In this document: positions 50,347 to 63,088 of the stretch, piece after piece | How positions within the stretch are numbered: position 1 is the stretch's first letter | Layout: every line of letters starts with the position of its first letter | Assembly (NCBI GenBank): GCA_951406725.2 | Contig: OX597814.1 | Coordinates: forward strand, 83,638,001 to 83,702,000 | From: Octopus vulgaris | Lineage: Eukaryota | Direction of reading: 5' to 3' | DNA length: 64,000 bases | Notes under the pieces: model-generated | What the model saw: only the letters and a program-made list of their open reading frames with translations | Told to the model about the DNA's origin: nothing | Databases searched by the model: none | Position numbers and translations under genes: made by a program

Positions 50347-51284
50347 TAGCCAAGTTCACCCACAAAATTTGGATCAACCTGAGGCTTGGTATATGATACA
50401 TGCCCAAGGATGCTGTGCAATGGGATCAGACCCAGAAAAACTTCATGATTGCAAAATTAACTTCAGTATTCAGCCAAGCTGTAATCCTAACCTCTCTGAT
50501 GTTTTTTTTTTCTTTTTTCTGAGTGGTAATGTAAAAAATGCCTTGGTTTCTTGAATTGTAGCAATCAGGTTTTTGATACTTGGGTATAACCATTTGATAT
50601 CACTTTATCATTTAAGTATTCAATGAAAGTATAAACATCAAATTAGTCTCACAATAAAAAAAAAGTTTGTGTGCTGTAAGAAGAGATGTGTCCAGATGTT
50701 TCAAGCAAAGTTCTTTTTGTAAAATAAATAAATAAATAAACTTGGGTATGGTTGCTATTACTGGAACATTTTAGTCATTTAAATGACTTGGTGACGATGA
50801 AGGAATAAAAAAACAAATGGGAAGAAACAATGAAAGAAAATGAAAAGAAAACAAACAATAAAAAGAGGAATAGGGTGAAAGATGAAAGCAAAGATGGAAA
50901 ATAGAAGAAAAGGAAATAATGACGAGATGAAGGGAAAGACTGAAATAACTGAAAGGGGAATAAAATAAGAAGAAAATAAAAAGAAACTAAAAAAAATGGG
51001 AAAGTGAAAAGAAAAATTAAAGGTACAAAGAGTGAAAGAAAATGCAAACAGAGAAGAAAGAAGTTACTAACAAAAATAAAGAGAAAAAGGCCTAAGTACA
51101 AGATATGAATATTTTAAACATAAACACATGGTTATTTATAAATTAATTTTCTCTCACAGGAAATATACTTATGTCAGGTTTAATATTTTCCCTAAGAATA
51201 CTTGTTTTAACAGTCTTTCACCCACAAATGTAGCCTTATCAATGACTCTCCAATGACTACTTTTTACTATTAATTAATTAATGA

Positions 51285-51690
51285 AGGCAATGAGCTGGCA
51301 GGATTGTAAGTGTAATGGGAAGAATGCTTTAACCCTTTCATTACCATATTTATTTTGAGATGCTCTGTGTTTCTTTTAATTAATTTAAAATATAACAAAG
51401 AATTTAGTAAAATAACTTCGCTATCATTAAGTTAGTGTTAGGAACATAAATTGGTGGAAGATTTTAATTCAAAACTTATACGAACAAGACAGTTGTACTA
51501 CAGAGCCAGAGGTGGTTTCAGCCTGGTTGATATTGAAAGGGTTAAGGCATTTCTTCTGACTCTTTATGTCCTGAGTTCAAATTCAGCCCCAGCCAATTTT
51601 ACCTTCCACCCTTTTGGGTACTGAATCCAATATAATTGACTAAGCTGTTGTCCTTACAGTTACTGGCCTTAGTGCCAAAATTTGAAACTA
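51285..51690 (+). mobile_element. Old SINE family 1 copy interrupted by a MITE
   Basis: SINE head at 51285-51330 resumes at 51546 with ggcatttc..ctgagttcaaattc. Confidence 0.7.
51333..51541. mobile_element. piggyBac-type MITE with TTAA TSD
   Basis: TTAA-CCCTTTCA...TGAAAGGG-TTAA (TSDs 51329-51332 and 51542-51545). Confidence 0.85.
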
Positions 51691-53384
51691 ATATTAATTA
51701 ATTATCAAATGCATCTGTGGCCTTTCCGGGGATTACTTCTGTGATTGGTTATGTACTTAAATATAATTTTCAAACATATTTGCCTAACCAGATCCAAATT
51801 CAACATCTATCATTGTCTTGAATGTACCTCATTGAGCATTAGATGGGATTGTTTAATCCCAAATCCTGTGAACCATAATCAAATTAGGAGTATGACTGCA
51901 CACCCTGTTGGTGTTAGTAAAATGATACTGAAGAGCAACATCTTGTGTTTCAATAAAAAGCTATGAAGAAGAAAGCTACAACCATTGATGTCAGTATCAC
52001 TGGAGACAGTCAAACTCTTTTTACCATGGTGGGATAGATGACTAACATTACCAGACCGTCAGGTTCATAACTTTGGTAATGCACACTTACTTTGAAAATA
52101 ACATAAAGCTTATGATTAAAACAGCCCACAATGTAATATTCAGGAATTACATGAGAGTGCAATGAATAACATACAACATGTTGCATATTTCATCCATCAG
52201 ATTAACCACTGACTGTTCTATTAGATACTGATCTATGTCTAGAGTCTACAGACAACAAAAAACAGTTCCTCTTATGTGAAATCTGTGGTCACTAATTTGG
52301 AGAACATAAACGTAAATATTCTAATAGCAGACCTAGTAGTATGGTTGAAAAGTACATATTGCATTTTTTATTACCTCTAAAAGCAAGTGTGGGTTTTCAA
52401 ACACCACATGCAAGATGTGAAAAAGAGCCAAGAAGAGGTTTGAAATATCAGCAACAATTTGAATGAAGTATGTCCCATTTACATAGTAAATTCTGAAATA
52501 GATTATAAAGGAAAAGTGGAGAGAAAAAACTCTCATTATGCTTAAAGAGAGACTCACGGTATGACAACAAGTCCCAGGATGTAATATTTGTTGATGCTAG
52601 ATCTAGGAGCAAACTAACACAAGTAGTAAAACATAACACAAGAAAACACAGAATTCTTGTAGTTGAGAAAACAAGTAGAACTATTGAATACTGAATTTCT
52701 AGGTCACACCCTTAAGAAAACACTCTAAACTGATAGTAACTTCAGGATTTTAAATCTAACAAGCATATGAATTATAAAACAAGGAATGTGGTATATGGTG
52801 CTATGAGGAGCATTTGGACACTACTATAACACCAACAGGGAAAACAACTTATAGTTTAAATGAAAGGATCAAAGATTATTAGATTCAGTATATTGAAAAA
52901 AGACCAGTATCTGCATTCTAGTAACATGCCATAGATAAGCATGATGGACTAATATAAATAATTGAAATAGAATTCTGTCTGCACATGCAAATGAGCTGGC
53001 TGCTTAGAGTGGTTTCCTAAGAGGTTTCAATATGGGAGTTTGACACTGCCCCCATGTCAAGACAGAAAGTATTGTAATAACTACCTCCCACCAGATATCA
53101 CTGCTGTCTTTTTAAATTTGGATCTACTATAATCACTATAAGTACTTTTTACTGGGTATTAAAAAACACTAGATATTTTGAAGAGAAATCCTGCTGCATT
53201 TATTTTGAAATAGAACTCAATATAAAGTACATAGCCATTCACTTAAGAATGGTTATGTACTGCTTATGTGAATGAGATACCTATACCTCCACACATATCA
53301 ATAGATATATGTAGATTGATGGATAACTGGCTCTAGAAATCCTCTAAATACATAATGAAATTTAAAGACCAGTATTGTAATAAA

Positions 53385-53592
53385 ATTTTCTGATTTAGGC
53401 ACAAGGGCAGCAGTTTTTAGATGGAGTTAAGCAAACCCATTGACCCTAGTATTTGACTGGTACTTCATTTTACCAATCTCAGAGGGATGAAAAGTAACGA
53501 TGACCCTGATGGGATTTAACTCAAAACAGAGTCAGGAGGAAAACAACCAGGCATTTCATCCAACACTAATGAATCTGTCTGCTTGCTACCCT
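53385..53592 (-). mobile_element. Degenerate SINE family 1 copy
   Basis: ggcacaagg.cagcag..gacc.tagt..gactggtactt..ggatgaaa..gatttaactca pattern. Confidence 0.55.
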
Positions 53593-54039
53593 GCCAATAT
53601 TGTCATTATGAATGTTGGTATATTAATGAATGCTGTAAATATAACCTTTTCTAACACATTCCAGTTTAAGTTATAGAGAATAAAATCATCACAACTCTCA
53701 TCAGATGAGTCTTTCTTTCTGTATCTCTATTCCACATTTACAATAAGAAACAGAGAAGAATTAAAGACAGAGTCTGATACCACACAATCATACTGCACTA
53801 TTATCCTCATTGCTCTTCTCCTTTCATGTGTTTGTCTTCATTCTCTATTCCACAATTCCAGAGAGAAGAAAGATTGCTACTATTACTACTCCATTCCTGC
53901 TTTCTGTTTTCCACCATCTCCTTGATAAACATTAGATTGTAACTTGCAAATTTGGCTGTTATTTCTCAAAAGTTACACTAATCTTTCTGGTGATAATAAC
54001 TCCCCCTCTCTCTATCTATTAATTAGGGAGAAAGAAACA

Positions 54040-55610
54040 GTCTGTACTGCCATCAAAATAAGCGCAACTATGCCTCCCCTGGTCTCGATGGAGTTACATA
54101 CCTGCTTCTCAAACGTGGCAGGCACTTCCTTTTACACCAGCTTTCTATTTTCTTCCAGTACTGTCTCAACAATGGTGCTACTCCGGAGCAGTGGAAAACT
54201 GCCAGTGTCATTCCTCTGTTCAAAAAGGGCGACCGCACATCACCTGTCAACTATCGCCCAGTCAGTCTCACTAGCTGTATTGCAAAACTGATGGAATCGT
54301 GTGTCAGAGAAACACTCTGGAACTTCTGGAGCTCTCACAGTCTCATCCGACCCTCACAATATGGATTTGTCCCTAACTCCAGCTGCAGTGACCAGCTTGT
54401 CGAGTTCCTTGAGGACATTACTCAGATTACTGACAGTGGCTCATGGGTGGATGTTGTCTACCTTGACTTTGCTAAGGCTTTCAACTCTGTGCCACACAAA
54501 AGGCTTATGGTGAAACTCTCTGCAATGGGTGTGGGGGATGACCTTTTTAACTGGTTGAAATCCTTCATCCTCAGCCGAAAGGAGGTAGTCACAGTTCTAG
54601 GACAGCACTCTACACCATATGAGATGTCATCGGGTGTACCACAGGGATCTGTCCTTGGCCCCCTCTTGTTTGTGGCATACATTAACGACATAGATGCCAA
54701 TTTAAGGAATGCCACAGTATTGAAATATGCAGACGACATCAAGCTGTACCTTGAAATCAAGAGGACAGATCCTGATGTCTACAACTCTTTCCTGCAATCA
54801 GACCTAGACACAATGCAGCAATGGATCACAGACTGGCAACTGAAACTGGCTGTGGACAAGTGTACCACCATGCATTTTGGGAGAAAAAACCCTGCGTTCA
54901 CATACTCCCTCCACAACACTGATATCAAGAAATCCTCTTGCGAGCGTGACCTAGGCATCACTGTCAGCAGTGATTTGCGTTGGTCAAAGCATATCTCTAA
55001 GATTGTCAGGAAGGCCGAGGGTGTCTTGGCATCACTCAGCAGGTCTTTTGTTAGCCGCTCTCCAGCCATCTATTTAAAACTGTATACAGCTATGGTACGA
55101 CCACACTTGGAATTCGCATCATCAGTTTGGAACCCCTATCTTGCACAGAACATTGACCTCCTGGAATCTGTCCAGAGACGTGCAACCAAACGCATACCCT
55201 CCATCAGACACCTACCATATTCTGAGCGCCTTGTTTCCCTGGGCATGGATTCACTGAAGCTCCGGCGTTTGGCGACGGACTTGGTAAACACCCACAAAGT
55301 TATCAACCACCTCACCAACAACAACACTGAACACCTTTTTGATCTCCATGTGTCTAACACACGTGGACATGCCTACAAAGTCAGAAAACAATACAGCTCC
55401 CATGACTTTCGGAAACATTTTTTCACGCTCAGAGTTGCTGAAGCATGGAATAAACTGCCTGCGTCAGTTGTTGACTGCCATGACACTGCATCTTTTAAGG
55501 CCCTCATGCTTTCCGAAATCCGCCGAAACTTCACCTGATTATATATACACTTTAGATGAGTTGTAGTGCACCTGAGCACTGTACACAATTATTATTATTA
55601 TTATTATTTT
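54040..55610 (+). mobile_element. CR1-group LINE, 5'-truncated, RT frame still open
   Basis: Frame open from ~54072 (ASPGLDG..WKTASVIPLFKKG..NYRPVSLTS) through ORF 54291-55538 (YLDFAKAF, GVPQGSVLGP, YADD, RPHLEF..VWNP, TRGH, FFTLRV..WNKLP). Tail gttgtagtgcacctgagcactgtacac(ATT)n. Confidence 0.92.
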
Positions 55611-57654
55611 TTATCACTGTTGTTCTTCTCTCTCTTCACATTTGTCTCAATTATCTTTTCTATTATTCCAAAGAGAAAGATTGCCAGTTTCTTACATAAC
55701 CACCTCTCTCTCCTACCAACACATGTAACTGCCAATGGTATTGTTCTCTTTGTACTGCTGACCACTATCAATATCCTTCATTCTCTTGACTTCACCCTCA
55801 TGTACTGATAACCCTCTCTCTGTTTTTCTCAGATCACTCATTATTAACAACTACAACTTGCTTTCTCTGTCACTATCCTTCACATTTATCAACTCACTGT
55901 TGTTACTATTTCTCTTCATCACTCCCAACAGTTTCTCCCATTTCTCTGTTCTTCTAAAATCTCTCCACCATATTCTTGCTTTCTTTCATTTCTTCCCCTC
56001 CCACTCTGGTTCATTTTCTGCAATCACACTCTGCTCAGCCCAATCTATTTGTCACATTGCCTGGAACAGAGACATCATACATAAAGTAAGGAGCCTTTTG
56101 TCTGCCAGGGTACAAGGCAACCTCATTAGTGCTGGTGCCACAATAAAATGTACCTGTTACACTTTGTAAAGTGATAAGCAAAAGATCAAAGATAACATGA
56201 GGTTGTTTTGTCCTGTCTCGCAAGGGTATGGCAACTTCTCTATTGTTGCTGATATAACAAAATGCACCCAGTAAAGTGGGCAGTCTTAGAAAGAGTGTCC
56301 TGTCAAAAAAACTAATGCTAAAGTAAAAATCATCTGAGCGAGACATAGTTTTCTGATCTATCTGTCATTACATTCATGTTAGTATGGAAAGTGAATGTAA
56401 AATGATGATATCATCATTGTTTTTAACACCCATTTTTCCATGCTTGCATGGGTCAGGACTTGTACAGGCAGATTTTTAATGACCAAATGCCCTGCCTAGC
56501 CAATCAGGGAACTCCACAAATTCTTAGTCATCTCGACTACCATGGGTAAATATCCTCTCTTAGCAGTTACTTTGGGTCTACAATTGTATATTTAGAGTAG
56601 GTTCACTCAGCCACACCAAATTTCTCACCTTTCAGCACTTACCTTTTGTTCAAAAAGATATACAAGTTAATGAGGATTCGATCAGAGAAACAATCTGTCT
56701 CCATTTCTTTCAGTTATGTCTACCACACTGTTTTATTGGGGCTACCAGTAGGGGGGAAAGTGGCATAAAATCCACACAGAAGAGTTGGCTGATACGAAGA
56801 TTTGTCCGACAGATTTTTGGACACTTTAGAAGTACATAGACTACTGATTTGTTGCTTTCTAAGCATTTAGGACTGGTCTGACTGACTATACAATCTTGTT
56901 TGTAGAGTTTATCATAAAATGCAATGGCCCACTGTAAACTTTTGGAATTTGACTATAATTTTTGATCTGAAAGCTTTTGAGAGACTGTTGCATATATTTT
57001 TCATTAAAATATAGAGTAACTATAGGAGATCTTGATATATATATATCTCACATTTACCATTTCTACATCGCTTGTTTAGCAGTGACACTTGTTTACAACA
57101 ATCACGTGATGTGAAGACAAAGACATACACCATGCACAAGGATTTGGTCAGCCCAGGTGTATAGGATAGGACACTCACCCAAGATGCCACACGAATTCTA
57201 ATATTTTGGTCGTCTATGCATGTGGTATGTTCATGTTGAGGGTGATCAATGATTTTAATTGCTGCTTTTTCCATGTACCTGGTAAGATAGGTACTGGTTG
57301 GATTTTTATAGCTGCAACTTAAGGATGTTGTTTTGCTCAGCAGCATCAGGAGATTGAGGTTGTGCATACTTAATGGAAGTGTAGGTAGGAAATGTTATGA
57401 AGAATGTACGAGAGAATTGATCCTCCATTAGGGAAAATGAAAATTATTGAACTGTGTGCGTTTAGTACTACATAGTTTGCTAACTGATGTATGTGCTGTT
57501 TATTAAGGTGGCATTGAATATTTTATGAGTTTGGGGTAAATTCATCACAAATAATTGGTAATTTAATGACAAGGTAATTTCATCGCAAATCAATACATCA
57601 ACAGTAAATTCATCACTAAGCTAGCTTTTCAATCACACAATAAACACATCGTAG

Positions 57655-57870
57655 ATTTCAAATTTTGGCACAAGGCCAGCAATTTCGGGGAAGGGGATAA
57701 GTCAATTACATCGAACCCAGTGTTCAACTGGTACTAATTTAATTGAACCCGAAAGGATGAAAGGCAAAGTCAGCCTGGGCAGAATTTGAACTCAGAATGT
57801 AAAGATGGACAAAATGCCGCTAAGTATTTAGCTCAGTGTGGTAATGATTCTGCCAGCTCATCACCTATAA
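57655..57870 (-). mobile_element. SINE family 1 copy
   Basis: Reverse homology to 19988-20203. Confidence 0.8.
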
Positions 57871-58063
57871 TGAAAATAAATTTAAAGATGAAAAATTCAA
57901 TTTGCAAGTTTTTTTTAGAAATCTTCAAGATGTAAACATTAGCCAATCTTTTCCAAAGGGTGGGGAGAGGACTTCGGAAAATTCACAAGATCCAAGTTTT
58001 TCTTTGTAACTGTATATATATGTGTGTGTGTGTATATATATGTGTGTGTGTGTGTATATATAC

Positions 58064-58440
58064 ATACTCTTTTACTTGTTTCAGTCATTTGACTGCGGCC
58101 ATACTGGAGCACCGCCTTTAGTCAAGCAACTCGACCCCAGGACTTATTTTTTGTAAGCCCAGTATTCTATCGGTCTCTTTTGCTGAACCGCTAAGCTACA
58201 GGGACATAAACACACCAGCATCGGTTGTCAAGCAATGCTAGGGGGACAAACACAGACACACACATATATATATACATATATACGACGGGCTTCTTTCAGT
58301 TTCCGTCTACCAAATCCACTCACAAGGCTTTGGTCGGCCCGAGGTTATAGTAGAAGACACTTGCCCAAGGTGCCACGCAGTGGGACTGAACCCGGAACCA
58401 TGTGGTTGGTAAGCAAGCTACTTACCACACAGCCACTCCT
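58064..58440 (-). mobile_element. tRNA-derived SINE family 2 (CORE-like domain, CR1-type tail)
   Basis: Minus-strand head aggagtggctgtgtggtaag..ggttccgggttcagtccc, ttgggcaagtgtctt core, internal microsatellite, tail ggcggtgctccag.atggccgcagtc..actgaaac. Fragments also at ~575-730, 31085-31250, 32320-32500, 61285-61410, 61560-61715 and 62250-62390. Confidence 0.85.
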
Positions 58441-58442
58441 CC

Positions 58443-58505
<63 letters not shown>

Positions 58506-58704
58506 CAGATAGATAGATAGAAAGTAATAACGTGTGAATGAGAATAATGACGAAGGGTTAAAAAACGTAAAAATAATTGAAAATGAAACAAAATTGAAGT
58601 CAAAACATTAAAAATTATTGGAAGTGGGTAGAAATAAACACTACGTAGTGTAGTAGTACTACGCTAGGGTATCTGTAGAAAGTTGAATGTGATTTCGGAA
58701 TATA

Positions 58705-59066
58705 ATTAGGAAAAATTCGGATCTTGGGAATTTTCCGAAAGTCCTCTCCCCACCTCAAGATTTTCCCCACAAATTACTTTATAGTCATAATGTATGCCGT
58801 TCCAAAGGTATTTATATAAAATTTCATTGAAAAATACCCATATTCGTAAAAGTTATGAGGGAAAAACTCGGATTTTGTGAATTTTCCGAAGTTATCTCTC
58901 CACCCCCTTGGGAAAGATTTTCCCCACAAATTTCTTTATAATCGTAATGTATGCCGTTTGAAAGAAATTTCTATAAAATTTCGTAGAGAAAAACCCCCAT
59001 TTTCCTTAAGCTATGAGGGAAAAGCTCGGATCTTGTGAATTTTCCGAAGTCCTCTCTCCACCCCAC
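58705..59066 (+). repeat. ~160-bp tandem repeat (2.3 copies), with an inverted partial unit at 57944-58001
   Basis: Unit gaaaaa.tcggat.ttg.gaattttccgaagtcctctc.ccacc..attttccccacaaatt.cttta..aatgtatgccgtt..tatgaggga is repeated. Confidence 0.75.
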
Positions 59067-61766
59067 TGTTGCTTTGTGCGCATTTTTTTTCATATTCGTT
59101 TCCTAAACATTGTTTTACACCCATTCCAGTATTTTTTTTCAATTCTCATCTCCGGGTCAAGATGTAAACATTAACCTTAACTTTTTATTGCATTTTCTTT
59201 TTGTAATTCTATTTTTAAAAGTAACTTCGATTTTTTCTCAATGTATATATTAAGTAAATTTGATATTAACACCTTGTCTTTAAATTACTTTTTCAATGTT
59301 AATAAAATGTGACGTACTTAGTTGGCGAATAAACTTTAAATAACATTTAGTGATGTATTTATTCAAAAAGTAAGACAACGAATTTAATGATGATGACATG
59401 CGATGAAATTACCTGATTTTATGTATTTATCGCGATGTATACACACACACAAACACACACACACATACAAGATCTGTGTAAATGGGTGGCTAGAACTCGA
59501 GTCGAATGATAATTCGGATGGTGCGTGTGTGCATTTCATTTTGGATTTTTGTGTAGGGTTTCTGTGTAGTGTAATGGTCTGAATCCCTGTTGTGAACTGG
59601 AGAAAGGTCCATCATAAGTTTTTTTAGGAAATTTTAAAGGTGTATATAGGAGAGTTAGGCTCTTTTGATTGGGTTGGACATGAAAATTGAGATGATTTCA
59701 ACCACTTTTCGATTTTACGGATTTGGCATGGCGAATGTAAGAGTTGAAGATTTTGGTGAGCAGTAATAACTCCTTCATGTTTTGTTTGGTCTCCCTATTG
59801 TTTTCATGGTGTCTGATGAGAGATTGCTAAGGATGTGGTCTAGATGGAATGTATCTTTACGTTTGTGTTTGTCTTCTTTCTGCAGTGGTTGGAGGATGAT
59901 TGTCCGTCCGCAATAGTTCAGTCGGTACATAGTCATTTACGTCCTTAACTGCTGCTTTGGTTGTCGGTAGCGACAGTAATGGTGGTCACGTGCACGCGAT
60001 AATCTTCGTCGACGGTCACCCTCTTTACCACTTCGATCCGATCGATCATCGAGAAGGAGAGTTTGCCTCCGTAACAACATGCCTCCGTTAAAGACTGCAT
60101 CTGTCTGAAGTTCCCTCCTCAAAATTACTTTTCTTGTCGTTATATATTTTACCAAGTTTTGGATAGTAAATCTTCGAAAATCAATGCCATACACTTGGAG
60201 GGTGCAAAAGAAACTGACCCACTCTGCATACACTTGTGGTCAGTTCCGTAACAAAACTGTCAACAAGAGGCAATAATAAAATGCCGGCCGCGCAAAATGA
60301 ACAATAAATGAAAGGCACTTTATAATTCGACATAAAGTGTGACTCCCAGACAAGAAACACTATTTTTCTAAATTTTAAAGCATGAACGTGCAGTATGTAA
60401 TTTCAGCAAGAGTTGTAGTTATTGAAAGTAGTCTCTAATAAGCGACTGATATTTTACAAATAAAGCCACTCCTTTAAGTCACACACACACATACACACAC
60501 ACACACACATACATATATTCTTTTTCCCCGTCTATTACTTCCTCAATCTGCCGCCCGGCCTTCCTACTTCAACACTCATGTCCCATTACCACCACTGAAT
60601 TCTTAAAACTTTAGTGAAGCTTAAAGTTTATAACAAACTCCCTGAATCTGTCAATTTATGTTTTAATAACGAAACTATCAACCACAACAAAAGCGAGACA
60701 AAATATTTAATTACGAAGAAGAAAAAAAGTTATTTTTAGAAAACAACCCAAAACAAGAGCCTGTCGCTGCTTTGCAACAGTATTTCTCCTCTGTCATGGC
60801 CCAAAACAACGAATACGAACAAATGTGTGATCGAACTAAAATGGTATGTTAGCTTTTATTTTTGCTCACTTTCAGTTTTACAACCGTTTGTTATAATGTG
60901 TAATTACAAAAATTGGTAATTGAAAACTTTTTCGTTATCAAAAGAATTTTATAAATTATTATTGCTTAACTGTAAATAAGCTGGTTAGGTTTTAACTTGT
61001 GAATTTAATATGGTATATAATTAAAGACTGTCTTAAATGCATTTATTTTCTCGAAACCACAATAGTTTCATTTTCGATTGTATATTATTAGCATACACTT
61101 ATGGGTGTACTCTAAGTATATTACAACATGCACGAATTATTTTATAGGTTTTATTTAACGTGTTTGTGTGTGTACTATGTATGTATACATATTCACACGT
61201 GTGTGTGTAAATGTTATTGATAAAGTTATTATGAATGGGGATTTACATTACGTAACAGAACATACATATGCAAAAATAATTGCACTATAGGTGAAGAGTT
61301 AAGAAGTTCGCTCCAAACTATGAGGTCCCGGTTCTGCCCCCACGTCATGGCATCATGGACTTGTGAATGAAACTGGAAAAACAGAAACTGTATGGAAGCC
61401 CGACCGATAGATTGTACATGTAATTCTAAAAAAGTACACCTTTATCGTACACATACGCTGATTCTGTCATTCTGTCGGAAAATTATATTAAGGACACAGG
61501 CGTCGATCGAAAAACTGGAGTACACCATTTGTAAGAAATTACAAGACAACACACGTACTTATAGGCACGAGTATGGTTGCTGTGGAGAAGTTCACTTCCC
61601 AACCATGTAGTTTTGTGTTCAGTCACTTGGACAAGTGTTTTCTACTTTAGCATTGACTCGATCAAAATCTTAGTGTGGTAGATGGAAACTGAAAAATGCC
61701 CGTGGTATAAACAATATCCCTGTCCACCCGCCCCGTATATATGTATATATATATATATACCTTCCG

Positions 61767-62048
61767 GGTTAATATATAGATCCACGCCCGGATGGCAAAC
61801 ATGTAAAAAAATATGTGTAACAGGTGTAAGGCATCGTATATTGAAGGAATATGACGAAAAAAAAGCGCGCTGAGAAACTGGGGGTGGGGAGGGGGCTCGG
61901 AAAATACCCACGATCAACCGTAGAGGATCCGAGCAATAAACCTCAACGCCCGGTTTCAGTTAAACTGCACCGCAAAATGTGGGAGTAGTTAGGAATCTAA
62001 ATCGTAGGAGACAGACACTCACACAACTACAGTTTTATATATAAAGAT
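61767..62048 (-). mobile_element. Helitron/Helentron-like non-autonomous element
   Basis: Minus-strand start tctttatatataaaactgtagttgtgtgagtgtctgtc. Inverted partial copy at 62476-62663. Confidence 0.45.
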
Positions 62049-62699
62049 ATATCCCCCTCAAGCCGGCTATTTTCATGCTAGAAATAACAGCCAAATCTCA
62101 CTAAACACAATGAAATGAATTGTGTAATGAATCTACTCACCTTTCTGCAAATATTTCTTTCGGAGTATTTTCCCCACATCAATATGAAATTGAGGTTTTT
62201 TTTAAATTATTTTATTTGAAAGTTACAAAAAAATATGAGTTTTGTCGAGCACTGCGTGGTACCTTGGTCAAGTGTCTTCTACTATAGCCTCGAGGCAGCA
62301 AAAGCCTTGTGAGTGGGTTTGGTAGACGGAACCTTTAAGAAGCCCGTCGTATATGTATATATATATGTGTGTGTGTGTTTGTCCACCCAACAATATTTGT
62401 TGTATATACATTGCATGAGAAATATTTAGAGTCTAAACCGTCTAAATTTTAGACGGTTTCTGTTGCGCGCCTGCGACCGGGCGTTGAGGTTTATTGCTCG
62501 GATCCTCTACGGTTGATCGTGGGAATTTTCCGAACCCCCTCCCCACCCCCAGTTTCTCAGCGCGCTTTTTTTTCGTCATATTCCTTCAATATACGATGCC
62601 TTACACCTGTTACACATATTTTTTTCCATTTTTGCCACCTGGGCGTGGATCTATATATTAACCATATTCGGTATATATATATATATTATTCAGATTTAC

Positions 62700-63030
62700 T
62701 GAAAACAAAAGACGAAGACAGGTGTAAGAACAAGCAGGTGTATTAGTTTAACGCTTTTACGTTTTGAGCCTACGCTCTTCGACAGAAAGGATTAAGAGGG
62801 GAAAAAAATTAGGGATTAACGGTTCAACATGATGAAATAGCGAAAAGAAGGCTGATTGAAATATATCTATATATAGTTCAAATTTACAAAAATAAAAAAA
62901 AAATAAATAAATAAAAACGTAAGACGAAGATAGGTGTAGGAACAACAAGCAGGTGTATAAGTTTAATGCTTGGGGAAAAATGGAAAAGTCTTTTACGTTT
63001 CGAGCCTACGCTCTTTGACAGAAAAGAATA
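62700..63030 (-). mobile_element. Tandem Penelope-type terminal-repeat units, each with a family-B hammerhead-like motif (62754-62789 and 62990-63025)
   Basis: Two direct units aagacgaaga.aggtgta..aacaagcaggtgtat.agtttaa.gct..cttttacgttt.gagcctacgctctt.gacagaaa. Confidence 0.65.
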
Positions 63031-63088
63031 GGAGGTAAAAATGGAGAGAAAAACTGTAGGGTTCAGCAGTCAAACATGGTGGGATATA

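Noticed and set aside
59500-60250. CpG-rich stretch with a 98-aa minus-strand ORF
   Set aside because: Frames are broken by stops and no domain is recognisable; likely a decayed element.
61642-62746. Two near-identical ORFs on opposite strands suggesting a gene pair
   Set aside because: They are the two arms of a non-coding inverted repeat.
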